Assembly (NCBI GenBank): GCA_964016885.1
Contig: CAXHJY010001687.1
Location: 1-64,000, forward strand
Length of the DNA stretch: 64,000 bases
Direction of reading: 5' to 3'
From: Eledone cirrhosa
Lineage: Eukaryota
In this document: positions 32,098 through 44,740 of the stretch, in pieces
Layout: the number at the start of each line of letters is the position of its first letter
How positions within the stretch are numbered: position 1 is the stretch's first letter
The notes under the pieces: model-generated
Databases searched by the model: none
Seen by the model: the letters and a program-made list of their open reading frames with translations, nothing else
What the model was told of the DNA's origin: nothing
Translations under genes and position numbers: made by a program

Positions 32098-33019
32098 CAT
32101 CATCATCATCATCGTTTAATGTCCATATTTCACTCTTGCATGGGTTTGGACGGGAGTTTTCCCACTTGAGGCTAGAGTGGTTGTCTTGCTCGCATAGGAC
32201 TGTCTGGCGGGTTTTCTACAGTTGGATGCCCTTCCTAACACCAACCACATTTACAGTGTGGACCAGGAGGTTTTTACCGTGTTGCCTACACGGCCACACT
32301 ACAGCGTGGATGTGTTTTTTTTTTTTTTTGTCGTGACACCTACACGACCTCATTTGTTTCGGGCTGGATGTTGTGGTACCAACATAACTTTACATTGAAA
32401 GGAGTGGTGTGGATGGGGTGGGGGTAGTGGGACGGGGGTGTATTTTTTAGAGGTGCCTACTGACTGTAGTAGGTTTCACTTTGCACTTAGGTAAGGCAGG
32501 TCTTCTCTATTACTGTGTAGCGCCAAAGATCTCGGTCCAGTGACATTGTCTTGGAGAGGTGTAAGTGTGTGAGGTCGGAATTTATCAAGTCGTCCCAGGT
32601 TTTTCTAGGTCTGCTTACTCCGTGGCTACCGTCTATTTGTATCGCCCTGCACTTTTTTATACAGCTGTCGTCTTTCATGCGCATCACGTGACCGTACCAA
32701 CGTAGTCTTCTCTCGAGTAAAGAACATCTGATCCCTCTTATTCCTAATTTCACCCTTAGTTAGTTTATGCTTTGTTGTTCACGTATATTACTATTACACA
32801 TCCAACGGAGCATGCAAGCTTCGTACCTCTCTAGTCTGCGTATATCCTCTGCACACAATGCCCAGGTCTCACTGCCATGTAACATTGCTGTTCATATGCA
32901 GGCATCATACAGCCTGCATTTCATTTTTAGAGAGAACCCTTTAACGGCCAATAGTGGTATAAGCTCTCTGAACTTTTTCCATCCCGTTCTGACTCTACCT
33001 ACTGTACTTTCAGAGCACC

Positions 33020-33022
<3 letters not shown>
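32098..33022 (-). mobile_element. RTE subfamily B 3' fragment
   Basis: ORF 32487-32753, B-type 3' UTR, (GAT)n tail. Confidence 0.9.
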
Positions 33023-33079
<57 letters not shown>

Positions 33080-33138
33080 TTAAAAAATAATGAATAAAAC
33101 AATGAAACAGTTCCTTATATTAAACGAAAAAAGTTCAT

Positions 33139-33282
33139 TATTTAACGATCGTTTCTAGGATATATATGTGTTAGAATTGGCATGCATATTCAACAGATCT
33201 ATGTACAAAATTATACAAAATTATACAAACTATCAAAATTAAATATACATACCAACACATATATATGCCGTCTTCAGAAATA
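33139..33282 (-). ncRNA. Type I hammerhead fold with greatly extended helix II (family 4 island, 33072-33330)
   Basis: Minus strand: tattt-CTGAAGA-cggcatatatatgtgttgg...ctaacacatatatatccta-GAAA-CGATCG-TT-aaata. Helix II has 15 contiguous pairs; helix III is palindromic; C-A at the helix II closing pair. Confidence 0.7.
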
Positions 33283-33346
33283 TTCATACGGATTGGACAC
33301 TACCGTAAACTCTTGGTAGATTTATCTACATATATATATATATATA

Positions 33347-35049
33347 TCATCATCATCATCATCATCAACGTTTAACGTCCGTGTTCCACGCTTGCATGGG
33401 TTTGGACGGGGGTAGTCCCACTTGAGGCAAGAGTGATTGTCTTGCTCGCATAGGACTGTCTGGCAGGTTTTCTACAGTTGGATGCCCTTCCTAACACCAA
33501 CCACATTTACAGTGTGGGTCTGGGAGGTTTTTACCGTGTTGCCTACACGGCCACATTACAGCGTGGACTGTGTGTTTTTTTGTCGTGACACCTACACGAT
33601 CTCATTTGTTTCGGCCTCGATGGCGCGGCACCAACATAACTTTACATAGAACGGGGTGGTGTGGATCGGGTGGGGGTGGGGGTGGTGGGACGGGGTGTAT
33701 TTTGTTAGAGATGCCTACTGGCTGGAGTAGGTTTTACTATATATTTAGGTAAGGCGGGTCTTCTCTGTTACTGAGTACCGCCAAAGGTCTCGGTCCAGTG
33801 ACATTGTCTTGGAGAGGTGTAAGTGTGTGATGTCGGAGTTTATCAGCTCGTCCCAGGTTTTTCTAGGTCTGCCTATTCCGTGACTACCGTCTATCTTTAT
33901 TGCCCTGCACTTTGTTATACAGCTATCGACTTTCATGCGCATCACGTGTCCATACCAACGTAGCCTTCTCTCGAGTAAACAACATCTGATCCCTCTTATC
34001 TCTAATTTATTCCTTAGTTCGTTTATGCTTTGCCGTTCACGTATATTACTGTTACACATCCAGCGGAGCATGCAAGCTTCGTTCCTCTCTAGTCTGCGTA
34101 TATCCTCTGCACACAATGCCCAGGTCTCACTGCCATGCAGCATTGCTGTTCGTATGCAGGCATCGTACAACCTGCCTTTCATTTTTAGTGAGAACCCTTT
34201 AGCAGCTAATAGTGGTATAAGCTCTCTGAACTTTTTCCAACCAGTTCTGACTCTAGCTACAGTACTTTCAGAGCACCCTCCCCCACTGCTGATTTTATCG
34301 CCCAGGTAACGGAAGCTGTCCACTATTTCTATAGAACCCTCTGCGCAATTGAAAGAGCTAGTAGTTTGTGGGCACTTGCTGCTACTTATTGCACCAGAGC
34401 ACCGGCCACATGTAAAATCTATGTTCTTAGTTAGCTTACCTGTGATCCCACTACATCTTTTATGCACCCATACTTTGCATTTAGGACATAAAATGGAGTT
34501 TCTACCTACGCCTTTCCTACACACCGAGCACGACCATTTCCCAGAAGGGACCGCCGCCTTGTTTTCTTTCCTACAAACTAGTACTTTGGTCTTAGCCAGG
34601 TTAATTTTAAGTCCTTTTGACTCTAGGCCGTGCTTCCATGTTTGGAATTTCTTCTCTAGCTCGGCCATTGATTCCGCTATGAGTGTCAGGTCGTCTGCGT
34701 ATAGGAGTTCCCATGGGCAGCCTGTCTTGAACTCCTCTGTTATAGCCTGAAGGGCAATAATAAATAGTAGTGGACTGAGAACAGAGCCCTGATGGACGCC
34801 GACTTTTACGCTAAACTCTTCACTATATTCGTTGTTAATTCTAACCTTGCTGACTGTTTCTTTATACATGGCTTGTATAGCCCTCACAAGCCATTCGTCA
34901 ACGCCTAGTTTTCTAAGAGCCCACCAGATAATGGAGCGGGGGACTCTGTCGAAGGCTTTCTCCAAGTCGACAAAAGCTAAGTAGAGGGGTTTACCTTTAG
35001 CTAGGTACTTCTCCTGTAGTTGTCGTACTATGAAAAGAGCGTCTGTGGT
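33347..35049 (-). mobile_element. RTE subfamily B, 5'-truncated, open RT
   Basis: ORF 33745-35112 (RT from TTDALF onward, YADD, PHD finger); (GAT)n tail. Confidence 0.95.
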
Positions 35050-35062
35050 AATATATATATAT

Positions 35063-36759
35063 ATCATCATCATCATCATCACCGTTTTACGTCCGTTCTT
35101 CCACGCTAGCATGGGTTAGACGGGTTGTCCTGTTGTGGGCAGTGTCTGGTCGGCTGACCATGCCTTGCTCATACAGGAACTGATCTGGCTTGATTTCTAC
35201 AGCTGGATGCCCTTCCTAACACCAACCTCATTTACAGTGAGTGCTGGGTGCTTTTTCGTGGCGCCTACACGTCCACTTTACAGTGTGGGCTGGGTGCTTT
35301 TTTGCCGTGGCACCTCCACGACCACCTTGCGGTGGGGGGGGGGGGGCATATTGTTTATATGCTTCAGCATGTACCCATGGGAGGTCGGGTACCCTGTATT
35401 ACTGCGTGACGCCAGAAGTCACGGTCGTGTGTCATTGACTTTGAGAGGTGTAGTTGGGTAAGGTCGGCTTTTATCACCTCATCCCAAGTCATCTTGGGTC
35501 TCCCCACTCCGCGGTTTCCATCAACTTCTAGTGCTCTGCACCTTTTTATGCAGCTGTCATCCTTCATACGCATCACATGTCCATACCAGCGTAACCGCCT
35601 CTCCTGCACGCAGCATTTGATTCCTCTTATGCTCAGTCTCTCTCTCAATTCATTTATGCTTTGTCGTTCACGTATATTACTGTTACACATCCATCGGAGC
35701 ATGCAGGCTTCGTTTCTCTCTAATCTACGTAAGTCTTCCACCTTCAGCGCCCAGGTCTCACTACCATGCAACATCGCTGTTCGGATACACGCATCATACA
35801 GTCTGCCTTTCATTCTGAGGGAGAAGCCTTTTGCAGCTAGCAGTGGTAGTAGTTCCCTAAACTTCTTCCATCCCGTTCTTACCCTAGTTATTGTACTTTC
35901 TGAGCACCCACCTCCGTTGCTAATTCGGTCACCTAGGTAGCAGAAGCTGTCTACTGTTTCTACAGGGCCCTCCCAGAGATTGGTGGTACTTGTTTCCTGT
36001 GGCTGTTTGCTTGCTGTTTCAGCACAGCTGCTGCATGTGAATCCTACATTCTTAATTAAGCTTCCTGAGATCCCGCTACATCTCTTGTGTACCCATTGTT
36101 TGCATTTGGGGCAAAGAATGGAGTTCCTACCTACACCTTTCCTACATACTGAGCAAGGCCATTTCCCTGAGGGGATCTGGGTTCTGTTTTCTCGTCTACT
36201 TATAAGGACCTTAGTCTTTGTCATGTTGACTTTGAGGCCCTTTCTCTCTAGTCCCTGCTTCCAGGTTTGGAATTTATTCTCTAGTTCTACCATAGATTCA
36301 GCTATGAGTGCGAGGTCATCAGCATACAGGAGTTCCCATGGGCATCCGGTCTTAAACTCCTCCGTTATTGCCTGCAGGACTATGATGAACAGGAGAGGGC
36401 TAAGAACAGAGCCCTGGTGGACCCCAACCTGTACGCTAAATTCCTCGCTATACTCATTGCCAATCCTAACTTTGCTGACTGCTCCCCTATACATGGCTTG
36501 TACCGCTTTCACAAGCCATTCATCTACTCCTAGTTTTCTAAGAGCCCACCAGATTACTGCACGTGGAACTCTGTCAAAGGCTTTCTCAAGGTCGACAAAT
36601 GCCAAGTAGAGTGGCTTAAGTTTTAGCTAGGTACTTTTCCTGTAATTGCCTCACAAGGAAGAGCGCATCAGTGGTGCCTTTCCCTGGTACAAACCCAAAT
36701 TGCATCTCGTCTATATTCACCCGGTCCCTAATCAGCTGTGCTATAACTCTTTCTGTTAC
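35063..36759 (-). mobile_element. RTE subfamily A, 5'-truncated
   Basis: ORF 35364-36605 (YADD, PHD finger); A-type 3' UTR and (GAT)n tail. Confidence 0.95.
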
Positions 36760-36839
36760 TTATACATATATATATACATATATACATACCTACATACATA
36801 CATACCTACATACATACCTACATACATACATACATACAT

Positions 36840-37174
36840 GGAGGCACATGGCTTAGTGGTTAGAGCATTGGCCTTGCAATCGAAAGGTTGTGAGTTCAAT
36901 TCTCGGACCGGGTGATGTGTTGTTTCCTTGAGCAAGACACTTTATTTCACATTGCTCCAATTTACTCAGCTGTAAAAATGAGATGATAGGGACTGTGGTC
37001 CATATCATTCCACTGTAAAGTGGTCGTGGAGGGGCCACGGCAAAAAAGCACCCAGCACTCACTGTAAATGAGGTTGGTGTTAGGAAGGGCATCCAGCTGT
37101 AGAAATCAAGCCAGAATCAGTTCCCGTCCCACCCTTACAAGCAGGGAAAAGCGGACGTAAAATGAAATGATGAT
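36840..37174 (+). mobile_element. Full-length tRNA-derived SINE with an RTE subfamily C 3' tail
   Basis: Pol III A box tggcttagtgg, B box gagttcaattc, CORE/Meta-like ccttgagcaagacacttta, and tail ccacccttacaagcagggaaaagcggacgtaaaatg matching the RTE-C end. Confidence 0.9.
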
Positions 37175-37188
37175 ATGTATATATATAT

Positions 37189-39361
37189 ATCATCATCATC
37201 ATCATCATCAACGTTTAACGTCCGTGTTCCACGCTTGCATGGGTTTGGACGGGGGTAGTCCCACTTGAGGCAAGAGTGGTTGTCTTGCTCGCATAGGACT
37301 GTCTGGCGGGTTTTCTACAGTTGGATGCCCTTCCTAACACCAACCACATTTACAGTGTGGGGCTGGGAGGTTTTTACCGTGTTGCCTACACGGCCACATT
37401 ACAGCGTGGACTGTCTGGCGGGTTTTCTACAGCTGGATGCCCTTCCTAACACCAACCACATTTACAGTGTGGGGCTGGGAGGTTTTTACCGTGTTGCCTA
37501 CACGGCCACATTTACAGCGTGAACTGTGTGTTTTTTTTTGTCGTGACACCTACACGATCTCATTTGTTTCGGCCTGGATGTTGTGGGACCAACATAACTG
37601 TACATTGAAAGGGGCGGTGTGGATGGGGTGGAGGTGGTGGAACGGGGGGGTGTTTTGATAGAGATGCCTACTGACTGTAGTAGGTTTTTACTTTGTATTT
37701 AGGTAAGGCGGGTCTTCTCTGTTACTGAGTACCGCCAAAGGTCTCGGTCCAGTGACATTGTCTTGGAGAAGAGTAAGTGTGTGAGGTCGGAGTTTATCAG
37801 CTCGTCCCAGGTTTTTCTCGGTCTGCCTACTCCGTGGCTACCGTCTATCTTTATTGCCCTGCAATTTGTTATACAGCTATCGACTTTCATGCGCATCACG
37901 TGTCCATACCAACGTAGCCTTCTCTCGAGTAAACAACATCTGATCCTTTTTATTTTTAATTTTTTCCTTATTTTGTTTATGCTTTGCCGTTCACGTATAT
38001 TACTGTTACACATCCAGCGGAGCATGCAAGCTTCGTTCCTCTCTAGTCTGCGTATATCCTCTGTACACAATGCCCAGGTCTCACTGCCATGCAACATTGC
38101 TGTTCGTATGCAGGCATCGTACAACCTGCCTTTCATTTTTAGGGAGAACCCTTTAGCAGCTAATAGTGGTATAAGCTCTCTGAACTTTTTCCAACCAGTT
38201 CTGACTCTAGCTACTGTACTTTCAGAGCACCCTCCCCCACTGCTGATTTTATCACCCAGATAACGGAAACTGTCCACTATTTCTATAGAACCCTCTGCGC
38301 AATTGAAAGAGCTAGTATTTTGTGGGCACTTGCTGCTACTTATTGCACCGGAGCACCGGCCACATGTAAAATCTATGTTCTTAGTTAGCTTACCTGTGAT
38401 CCCACTACATCTTTTATGCACCCATACTTTGCATTTAGGACATAAAATGGAGTTTCTACCTACGCCTTTCCTACACGACCATTTCCCAGAAGGGACCGCC
38501 GCCTTATTTTCTTTCCTATAAACTAGAACTTTTGTCTTAGCCAGGTTAATTTTAAGGCCTTTTGATTCTAGGCCGTGCTTCCATGTTTGGAATTTCTTCT
38601 CTAGCTCGGCCATTGATTCCGCTATGAGTGTCAGGTCGTCTGCGTATAGGAGTTCCTATGGGCAGCCTGTCTTGAACTCCTCTGTTATAGCCTGAAGGGC
38701 AATAATAAATAGTAGGGGGCTGAGAACAGAGCCCTGATGGACGCCAACTTTTACGCTAAACTCTTCACTATATTCGTTGTTAATTCTAACCTTGCTGACT
38801 GTTTCTTTATACATGGCTTGTATAGCCCTCACAAGCCATTCGTCAACGCCTAGTTTTCTAAGAGCCCACCAGATAATGGAGCGGGGGACTCTGTCGAAGG
38901 CTTTCTCCAAGTCGACAAAAGCTAAGTAGAGGGGTTTACCTTTAGCTAGGTACTTCTCCTGTAGTTGTCGTACAATGAAAAGAGCGTCTGTGGTACTTTT
39001 GCCTGACACAAATCCGAACTGCATTTCATCTAGATCAATTCTCTCTCTGATTAGTTGCGCTATTACTTTTTCCGTGACCTTCATGACCTGGTCGATTAAT
39101 TTAATGCCTCTATAGTTACTCCTATCTAGGGCATCTCCTTTTCCCTTATAGCAGTTAACGATGATGCTGCTACGCCAGTCCTTCGGAACAACCCCATTCT
39201 GTACGACTTGGTTAACTATGCGGGTGACCATGGTGTGTCCCACCGTGCCAGATGCCTTCAGCATCTCAGCAACTATTTCCGAAGGCCCAGCCGCCTTACC
39301 CGTCTTCATATCCTTGATTGCCTTACTTATTATACTCCCCTCGACTAACACTGCTGGTCCA
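37189..39361 (-). mobile_element. RTE subfamily B, 5'-truncated, one stop, duplicated 3' UTR module
   Basis: ORFs 38656-39351 and 37699-38613; (GAT)n tail. Confidence 0.95.
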
Positions 39362-39483
39362 TATATATATGTATATATATATATATATATATGTATATGT
39401 ATATATATATGTATATGTATATATATATATGTATATATATATGTATATATATATATGTATATATATATGTATATATATATATG

Positions 39484-39514
<31 letters not shown>

Positions 39515-39649
39515 GTATATATATATGTATATATGTATAAACAATTAAGTTAAAGTGTACATCTATATATGTATACGGAAGTATTAGTATGCATATAAAT
39601 ACACATATGTATACATATGTACATGTACCGAGTTTTTCACTAGACACTT

Positions 39650-40110
39650 TACAGTGAGTGTCCAGCTAGTCTGTATGTAAACAAACAGACGAACCGGGTT
39701 TTAAAGTCATACGAGTTTTCAAGGAAACACACTTCCTCTATTCTGCAGAGAGCCAGACAGGAATATTGGACTAGTTTCGATGTTATTACATCTCATCAGC
39801 AATATATACCTATCTTTCCGGCTTCTCTGGAGAATTGTAAAAGCACATATCGTTATATGCTTTTTCTATGAAAATCAGTAGTGGGCAGACTAATTTGCAT
39901 AGAACGTGAGTCATTCTCTCTGGAGAATAGATGAAGTGTGTTTCCTTGAAAACTCGTATGACTTTAGCTATTTCATTGTAAAAGACTGCCTGAGATTTGA
40001 ACTCATTATTATTGATTTATCACTGCTCCTTCATTGAGCTGAATTTAGCCCCATACAAACGGCTGTTATTTCTAGCAGCACGTGTATGAGACTAGCTAGA
40101 CACTGGATAA
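39650..40110 (-). mobile_element. Family 3 hammerhead/octamer element enclosed in nested inverted repeats
   Basis: 51-bp inverted repeat 39702-39752/39916-39966 and an outer ~15-bp inverted repeat (gtgtccagctagtct/agactagctagacac); homologous to 26295-26660. Confidence 0.72.
39763..39805 (-). ncRNA. Minimal type I hammerhead ribozyme, fully canonical core
   Basis: Minus strand: atattg-CTGATGA-gatgt aata acatc-GAAA-CTAG-TC-caatat. Helices I and II are perfect, G-C closes helix II, GUC cleavage triplet. Confidence 0.9.
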
Positions 40111-40181
40111 CCGCGTGAAATTACCTCGTGCGCTAAACAGTCTTTCTAAATATTTTGAAGTGGAACATACCAATTTTTATA

Positions 40182-40308
40182 GTGCTTGCTGAGGAGATCA
40201 AAATGCGGTATTTCTTCCACTTTTTCATTATTCAAAACATTTGGATTTTAAGGTTTAAACCTGTCTACGGAACAGGTTTGATTTTGTAATTTAAATTTGT
40301 CCAAGCAC
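40182..40308 (+). ncRNA. Degenerate type I hammerhead with long helix III (GAAA appears as AAAA)
   Basis: gtgcttg-CTGAGGA-g...c-AAAA-c-(long hairpin incl. aaacctgt/acaggttt)-GTC-caagcac; perfect 7-bp helix I. Confidence 0.5.
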
Positions 40309-40535
40309 CACGGCCATTGCCAACACGATTTGTTTTTGTTGATTTATTATCATAAGTCAAGATAGGCAAACTGTAATATTATTATTAGTATATTTCAATC
40401 TAGCTAACTTGGTCATTTACAATACAAACATGAATATGTTGGTATTTGTGTTTATCAAATATATTAATTTATATTAACCTGTATATATATATATATATAG
40501 ACATGTATGTATATATATATATGTATATATATAAT

Positions 40536-41789
40536 TATTTAATACAATAAGAGATAGTTTAAAGCTAAACTCTGACTGGTAACCATCTCACTCAACAAAC
40601 ATTAGGTTATATTAAAATATAAACCCAATTTAAGTGTTTGGGGTGCTAACAATATGTATAATGTGGAAAAACCAGTTGTATTATTTTATGAGATATAATT
40701 AAAGTTAAAGTATATCTCTCTTTCCAAACAATTGTTTCATTATAAGTTTTCTACAAGTTTGGGAGAATGTTTCCAGTTTATGTAGAAGCCTAATATATAT
40801 TCATGTAAGAATATATTTAGGTGGGCACTTATAAATCATCAGTGGAAGCCCATTAAACATTGATATAAGAAAACAATTTCTTACCGCTGTCAAAAATCAT
40901 GTCCGTAAAGTTGCTCTCTCTCACCTCGAATGACCGCCAAATTTGAAATTCCAGCAGTTTTTGACTGAGGAAGTATCATAGCGACACGAAGCGGGAAGGG
41001 GAGACAACCCACGATCCACGAAATGAGGAAAAAAAATAATATACACGCGGGTTAATTAGTTTTTTTGAAAACATTATCGATCCAACGTGTTTAAGAACTC
41101 AATTGAAAATAAAAAAAATAAAAAAATAAATATATGCTTGTATAAATTACACATGCATATAGATATTTTCTTAGGCTAAAACAGAGGTTGTACCCGAATA
41201 AGAATCGCTTCTCATAACCGCAGTAAATGCAGAAAGTTATGCTATAAAGGGCAAATGGGAATATAATTCTCCGGCCGAATTATTAAGAGTAAAATATAAA
41301 ACACATGCGGGTTAATTAGTTATTTCAAAACCAATATTAATTCCTCGTGTATAGAACTCAATTAATAAAAGAAAATAAATACATATATGCATGTAATTAT
41401 ATACGTAGGCATATATATATATTTTCCTAGGCTAAAAAACAGAAGTTACAACCAAAAAAAGCCACAATATTTCACAACAGTAATAAATACGGAAAGTCAA
41501 ATTCATAAGGTACCTGGAAATAAACACCTCTGGCCAATCAAGAGTAAATATTTAATACAATAACAGAGATAGTTTAAAGCTAAACGCTGACTGGTAACCA
41601 TCTCACTCAACAAACATTAGGTTATATTAAAATATAAACCCAATTTAAGTGTTTGGGGTGCTAACAATATGTATAATGTGGAAAAACCAGTTGTATTATT
41701 TTATGAGATATAATTAAAGTTAAAGTATATCTCTCTTTCCAAACAATTGTTTCATTATAAGTTTTCTACAAGTTTGGGAGAATGTTTCC
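40536..41789. repeat. ~240-bp near-identical direct repeat (40536-40774 and 41549-41789) enclosing a diverged ~255-bp tandem dimer (41040-41548)
   Basis: Direct comparison; both dimer units begin with gcgggttaattagtt. Confidence 0.88.
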
Positions 41790-42009
41790 TAGAGAGGAAC
41801 GAAGCTTGCATGCTCCGCTGGATGTGTAACAGTAATATACGTGAACGGCAAAGCATAAACGAACTAAGGAAAAAATTAGAGATAAGAGGGATCAGATGTT
41901 GTTTACTCGAGAGAAGGCTACGTTGGTATGGACACGTGATGCGCATGAAAGTCGATAGCTGTATAACAAAGTGCAGGGCAATAAAGATAGACGGTAGTCA
42001 CGGAATAGG
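41789..42009 (+). mobile_element. Inverted duplicate of RTE-B segment 42469-42689
   Basis: ERNEACML...DGSHGIG on the + strand, fused to the tail-less 3' UTR of the adjacent minus-strand copy. Confidence 0.9.
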
Positions 42010-43623
42010 TAGTCCCACTTGAGGCAAGAGTGATTGTCTTGCTCGCATAGGACTGTCTGGCAGGTTTTCTACAGTTGGATGCCCTTTCTAACACCAACCA
42101 CATTTACAGTGTGGGTCTGGGAGGTTTTTACCGTGTTGCCTACACGGCCACATTACAGCGTGGACTGTGTGTTTTTTTGTCGTGACACCTACACGATCTC
42201 ATTTGTTTCGACCTCGATGGCGCGGCACCAACATAACTTTACATAGAACGGGGTGGTGTGGATCGGGTGGGGGTGGGGGTGGTGGGACGGGGTGTATTTT
42301 GTTAGAGATGCCTACTGGCTGGAGTAGGTTTTACTATATATTTAGGTAAGGCGGGTCTTCTCTGTTACTGAGTACCGCCAAAGGTCTCGGTCCAGTGACA
42401 TTGTCTTGGAGAGGTGTAAGTGTGTGATGTCGGAGTTTATCAGCTCGTCCCAGGTTTTTCTAGGTCTGCCTATTCCGTGACTACCGTCTATCTTTATTGC
42501 CCTGCACTTTGTTATACAGCTATCGACTTTCATGCGCATCACGTGTCCATACCAACGTAGCCTTCTCTCGAGTAAACAACATCTGATCCCTCTTATCTCT
42601 AATTTTTTCCTTAGTTCGTTTATGCTTTGCCGTTCACGTATATTACTGTTACACATCCAGCGGAGCATGCAAGCTTCGTTCCTCTCTAGTCTGCGTATAT
42701 CCTCTGCACACAATGCCCAGGTCTCACTGCCATGCAGCATTGCTGTTCGTATGCAGGCATCGTACAACCTGCCTTTCATTTTTAGTGAGAACCCTTTAGC
42801 AGCTAATAGTGGTATAAGCTCTCTGAACTTTTTCCAACCAGTTCTGACTCTAGCTACAGTACCTTCAGAGCACCCTCCCCCACTGCTGATTTTATCGCCC
42901 AGGTAACGGAAGCTGTCCACTATTTCTATAGAACCCTCTGCGCAATTGAAAGAGCTAGTATTTTGTGGGCACTTGCTGCTACTTATTGCACCAGAGCACC
43001 GGCCACATGTAAAATCTATGTTCTTAGTTAGCTTACCTGTGATCCCACTACATCTTTTATGCACCCATACTTTGCATTTAGGACATAAAATGGAGTTTCT
43101 ACCTACGCCTTTCCTACACACCGAGCACGACCATTTCCCAGAAGGGACCGCCGCCTTGTTTTCTTTCCTACAAACTAGTACTTTGGTCTTAGCCAGGTTA
43201 ATTTTAAGTCCTTTTGACTCTAGGCCGTGCTTCCATGTTTGAAATTTCTTCTCTAGCTCGGCCATTGATTCCGCTATGAGTGTCAGGTCGTCTGCGTATA
43301 GGAGTTCCCATGGGCAGCCTGTCTTGAACTCCTCTGTTATAGCCTGAAGGGCAATAATAAATAGTAGTGGGCTGAGAACAGAGCCCTGATGGACGCCAAC
43401 TTTTACGCTAAACTCTTCACTATATTCGTTGTTAATTCTAACCTTGCTGACTGTTTCTTTATACATGGCTTGTATAGCCCTCACAAGCCATTCGTCAACG
43501 CCTAGTTTTCTAAGAGCCCACCAGATAATGGAGCGGGGGACTCTGTCGAAGGCTTTCTCCAAGTCGACAAAAGCTAAGTAGAGGGGTTTACCTTTAGCTA
43601 GGTACTTCTCCTGTAGTTGTCGT
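42008..43623 (-). mobile_element. RTE subfamily B copy nearly identical to 33411-35026, lacking its 3' tail
   Basis: ORF 42342-43562; shares KWSCSV, MKVDS, SDITHL and 3' UTR variants with the 33.3-35.0 kb copy. Confidence 0.95.
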
Positions 43624-43652
43624 ACATATATATATGTATATATATGTATATG

Positions 43653-43697
<45 letters not shown>

Positions 43698-43899
43698 ATG
43701 TATATATATGTATATGTATATATATGTATATGTATATATATGTATATGTATATATATGTATATGTATATGTATATGTATATATATGTGTATATGTATATA
43801 TATGTATATATATGTATATATATATATATGTATATATATATATGTATATGTATATATATGTATATGTATATATATATATGTATATATATATATGTATAT

Positions 43900-43931
<32 letters not shown>

Positions 43932-43968
43932 GTATATGTATATATATGTATATGTATATATATATATG

Positions 43969-44314
43969 TCATCATCATCATCATCATTTCATTTTACGTC
44001 TGCTTTTCCTTGCTTGCAAGGGTGGGACGGGAACTGATTCTGGCTTGATTTCTACAGCTGGATGCCCTTCCTAACACCAACCTCATTTACAGTGAGTGCT
44101 GGGTGCTTTTTTGCCGTGGCACCTCCACGACCACTTTGCAGTGGAATGATATGGACCCCAGTCCCTATCATCTCATTTCTACAGCTGAGTAAACTGGAGC
44201 AATGTGAAATAAAGTGTCTTGCTCAAGGAAACAACACATCACCCGGTCTGAGAATTGAACTCACAACCTTTCGATTGCAAGGCCAATGCTCTAACCACTA
44301 AGCCATGTGCCTCC
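43969..44314 (-). mobile_element. tRNA-derived RTE-tailed SINE
   Basis: Reverse complement of 36840-37174. Confidence 0.9.
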
Positions 44315-44336
44315 ATGTATATATATATATGTATAT

Positions 44337-44368
<32 letters not shown>

Positions 44369-44380
44369 GTATATGTATAT

Positions 44381-44412
<32 letters not shown>

Positions 44413-44424
44413 GTATATGTATAT

Positions 44425-44458
<34 letters not shown>

Positions 44459-44463
44459 ATGTG

Positions 44464-44497
<34 letters not shown>

Positions 44498-44517
44498 TAT
44501 ATGTATATATATATGTG

Positions 44518-44554
<37 letters not shown>

Positions 44555-44740
44555 ATATGTATATATATATATATGTGTATATGTATATATATATATATAT
44601 ATATGTGTATATGTATATATATATATATATGTGTGTATATGTATATATATATGTATATTTATATGTATATTTATATGTATATATATATATGTATATGTAT
44701 ATATATATGTGTATATGTATATATATATATGTATTAATTT

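Noticed and set aside
36840-36915. tRNA-like sequence
   Set aside because: SINE head with A/B boxes running into a SINE body; no complete cloverleaf.
40930-40952. ccgccaaa-tttgaa (E2F/CHR-like promoter motif)
   Set aside because: Short motif inside a rearranged repeat region with no linked exon evidence.
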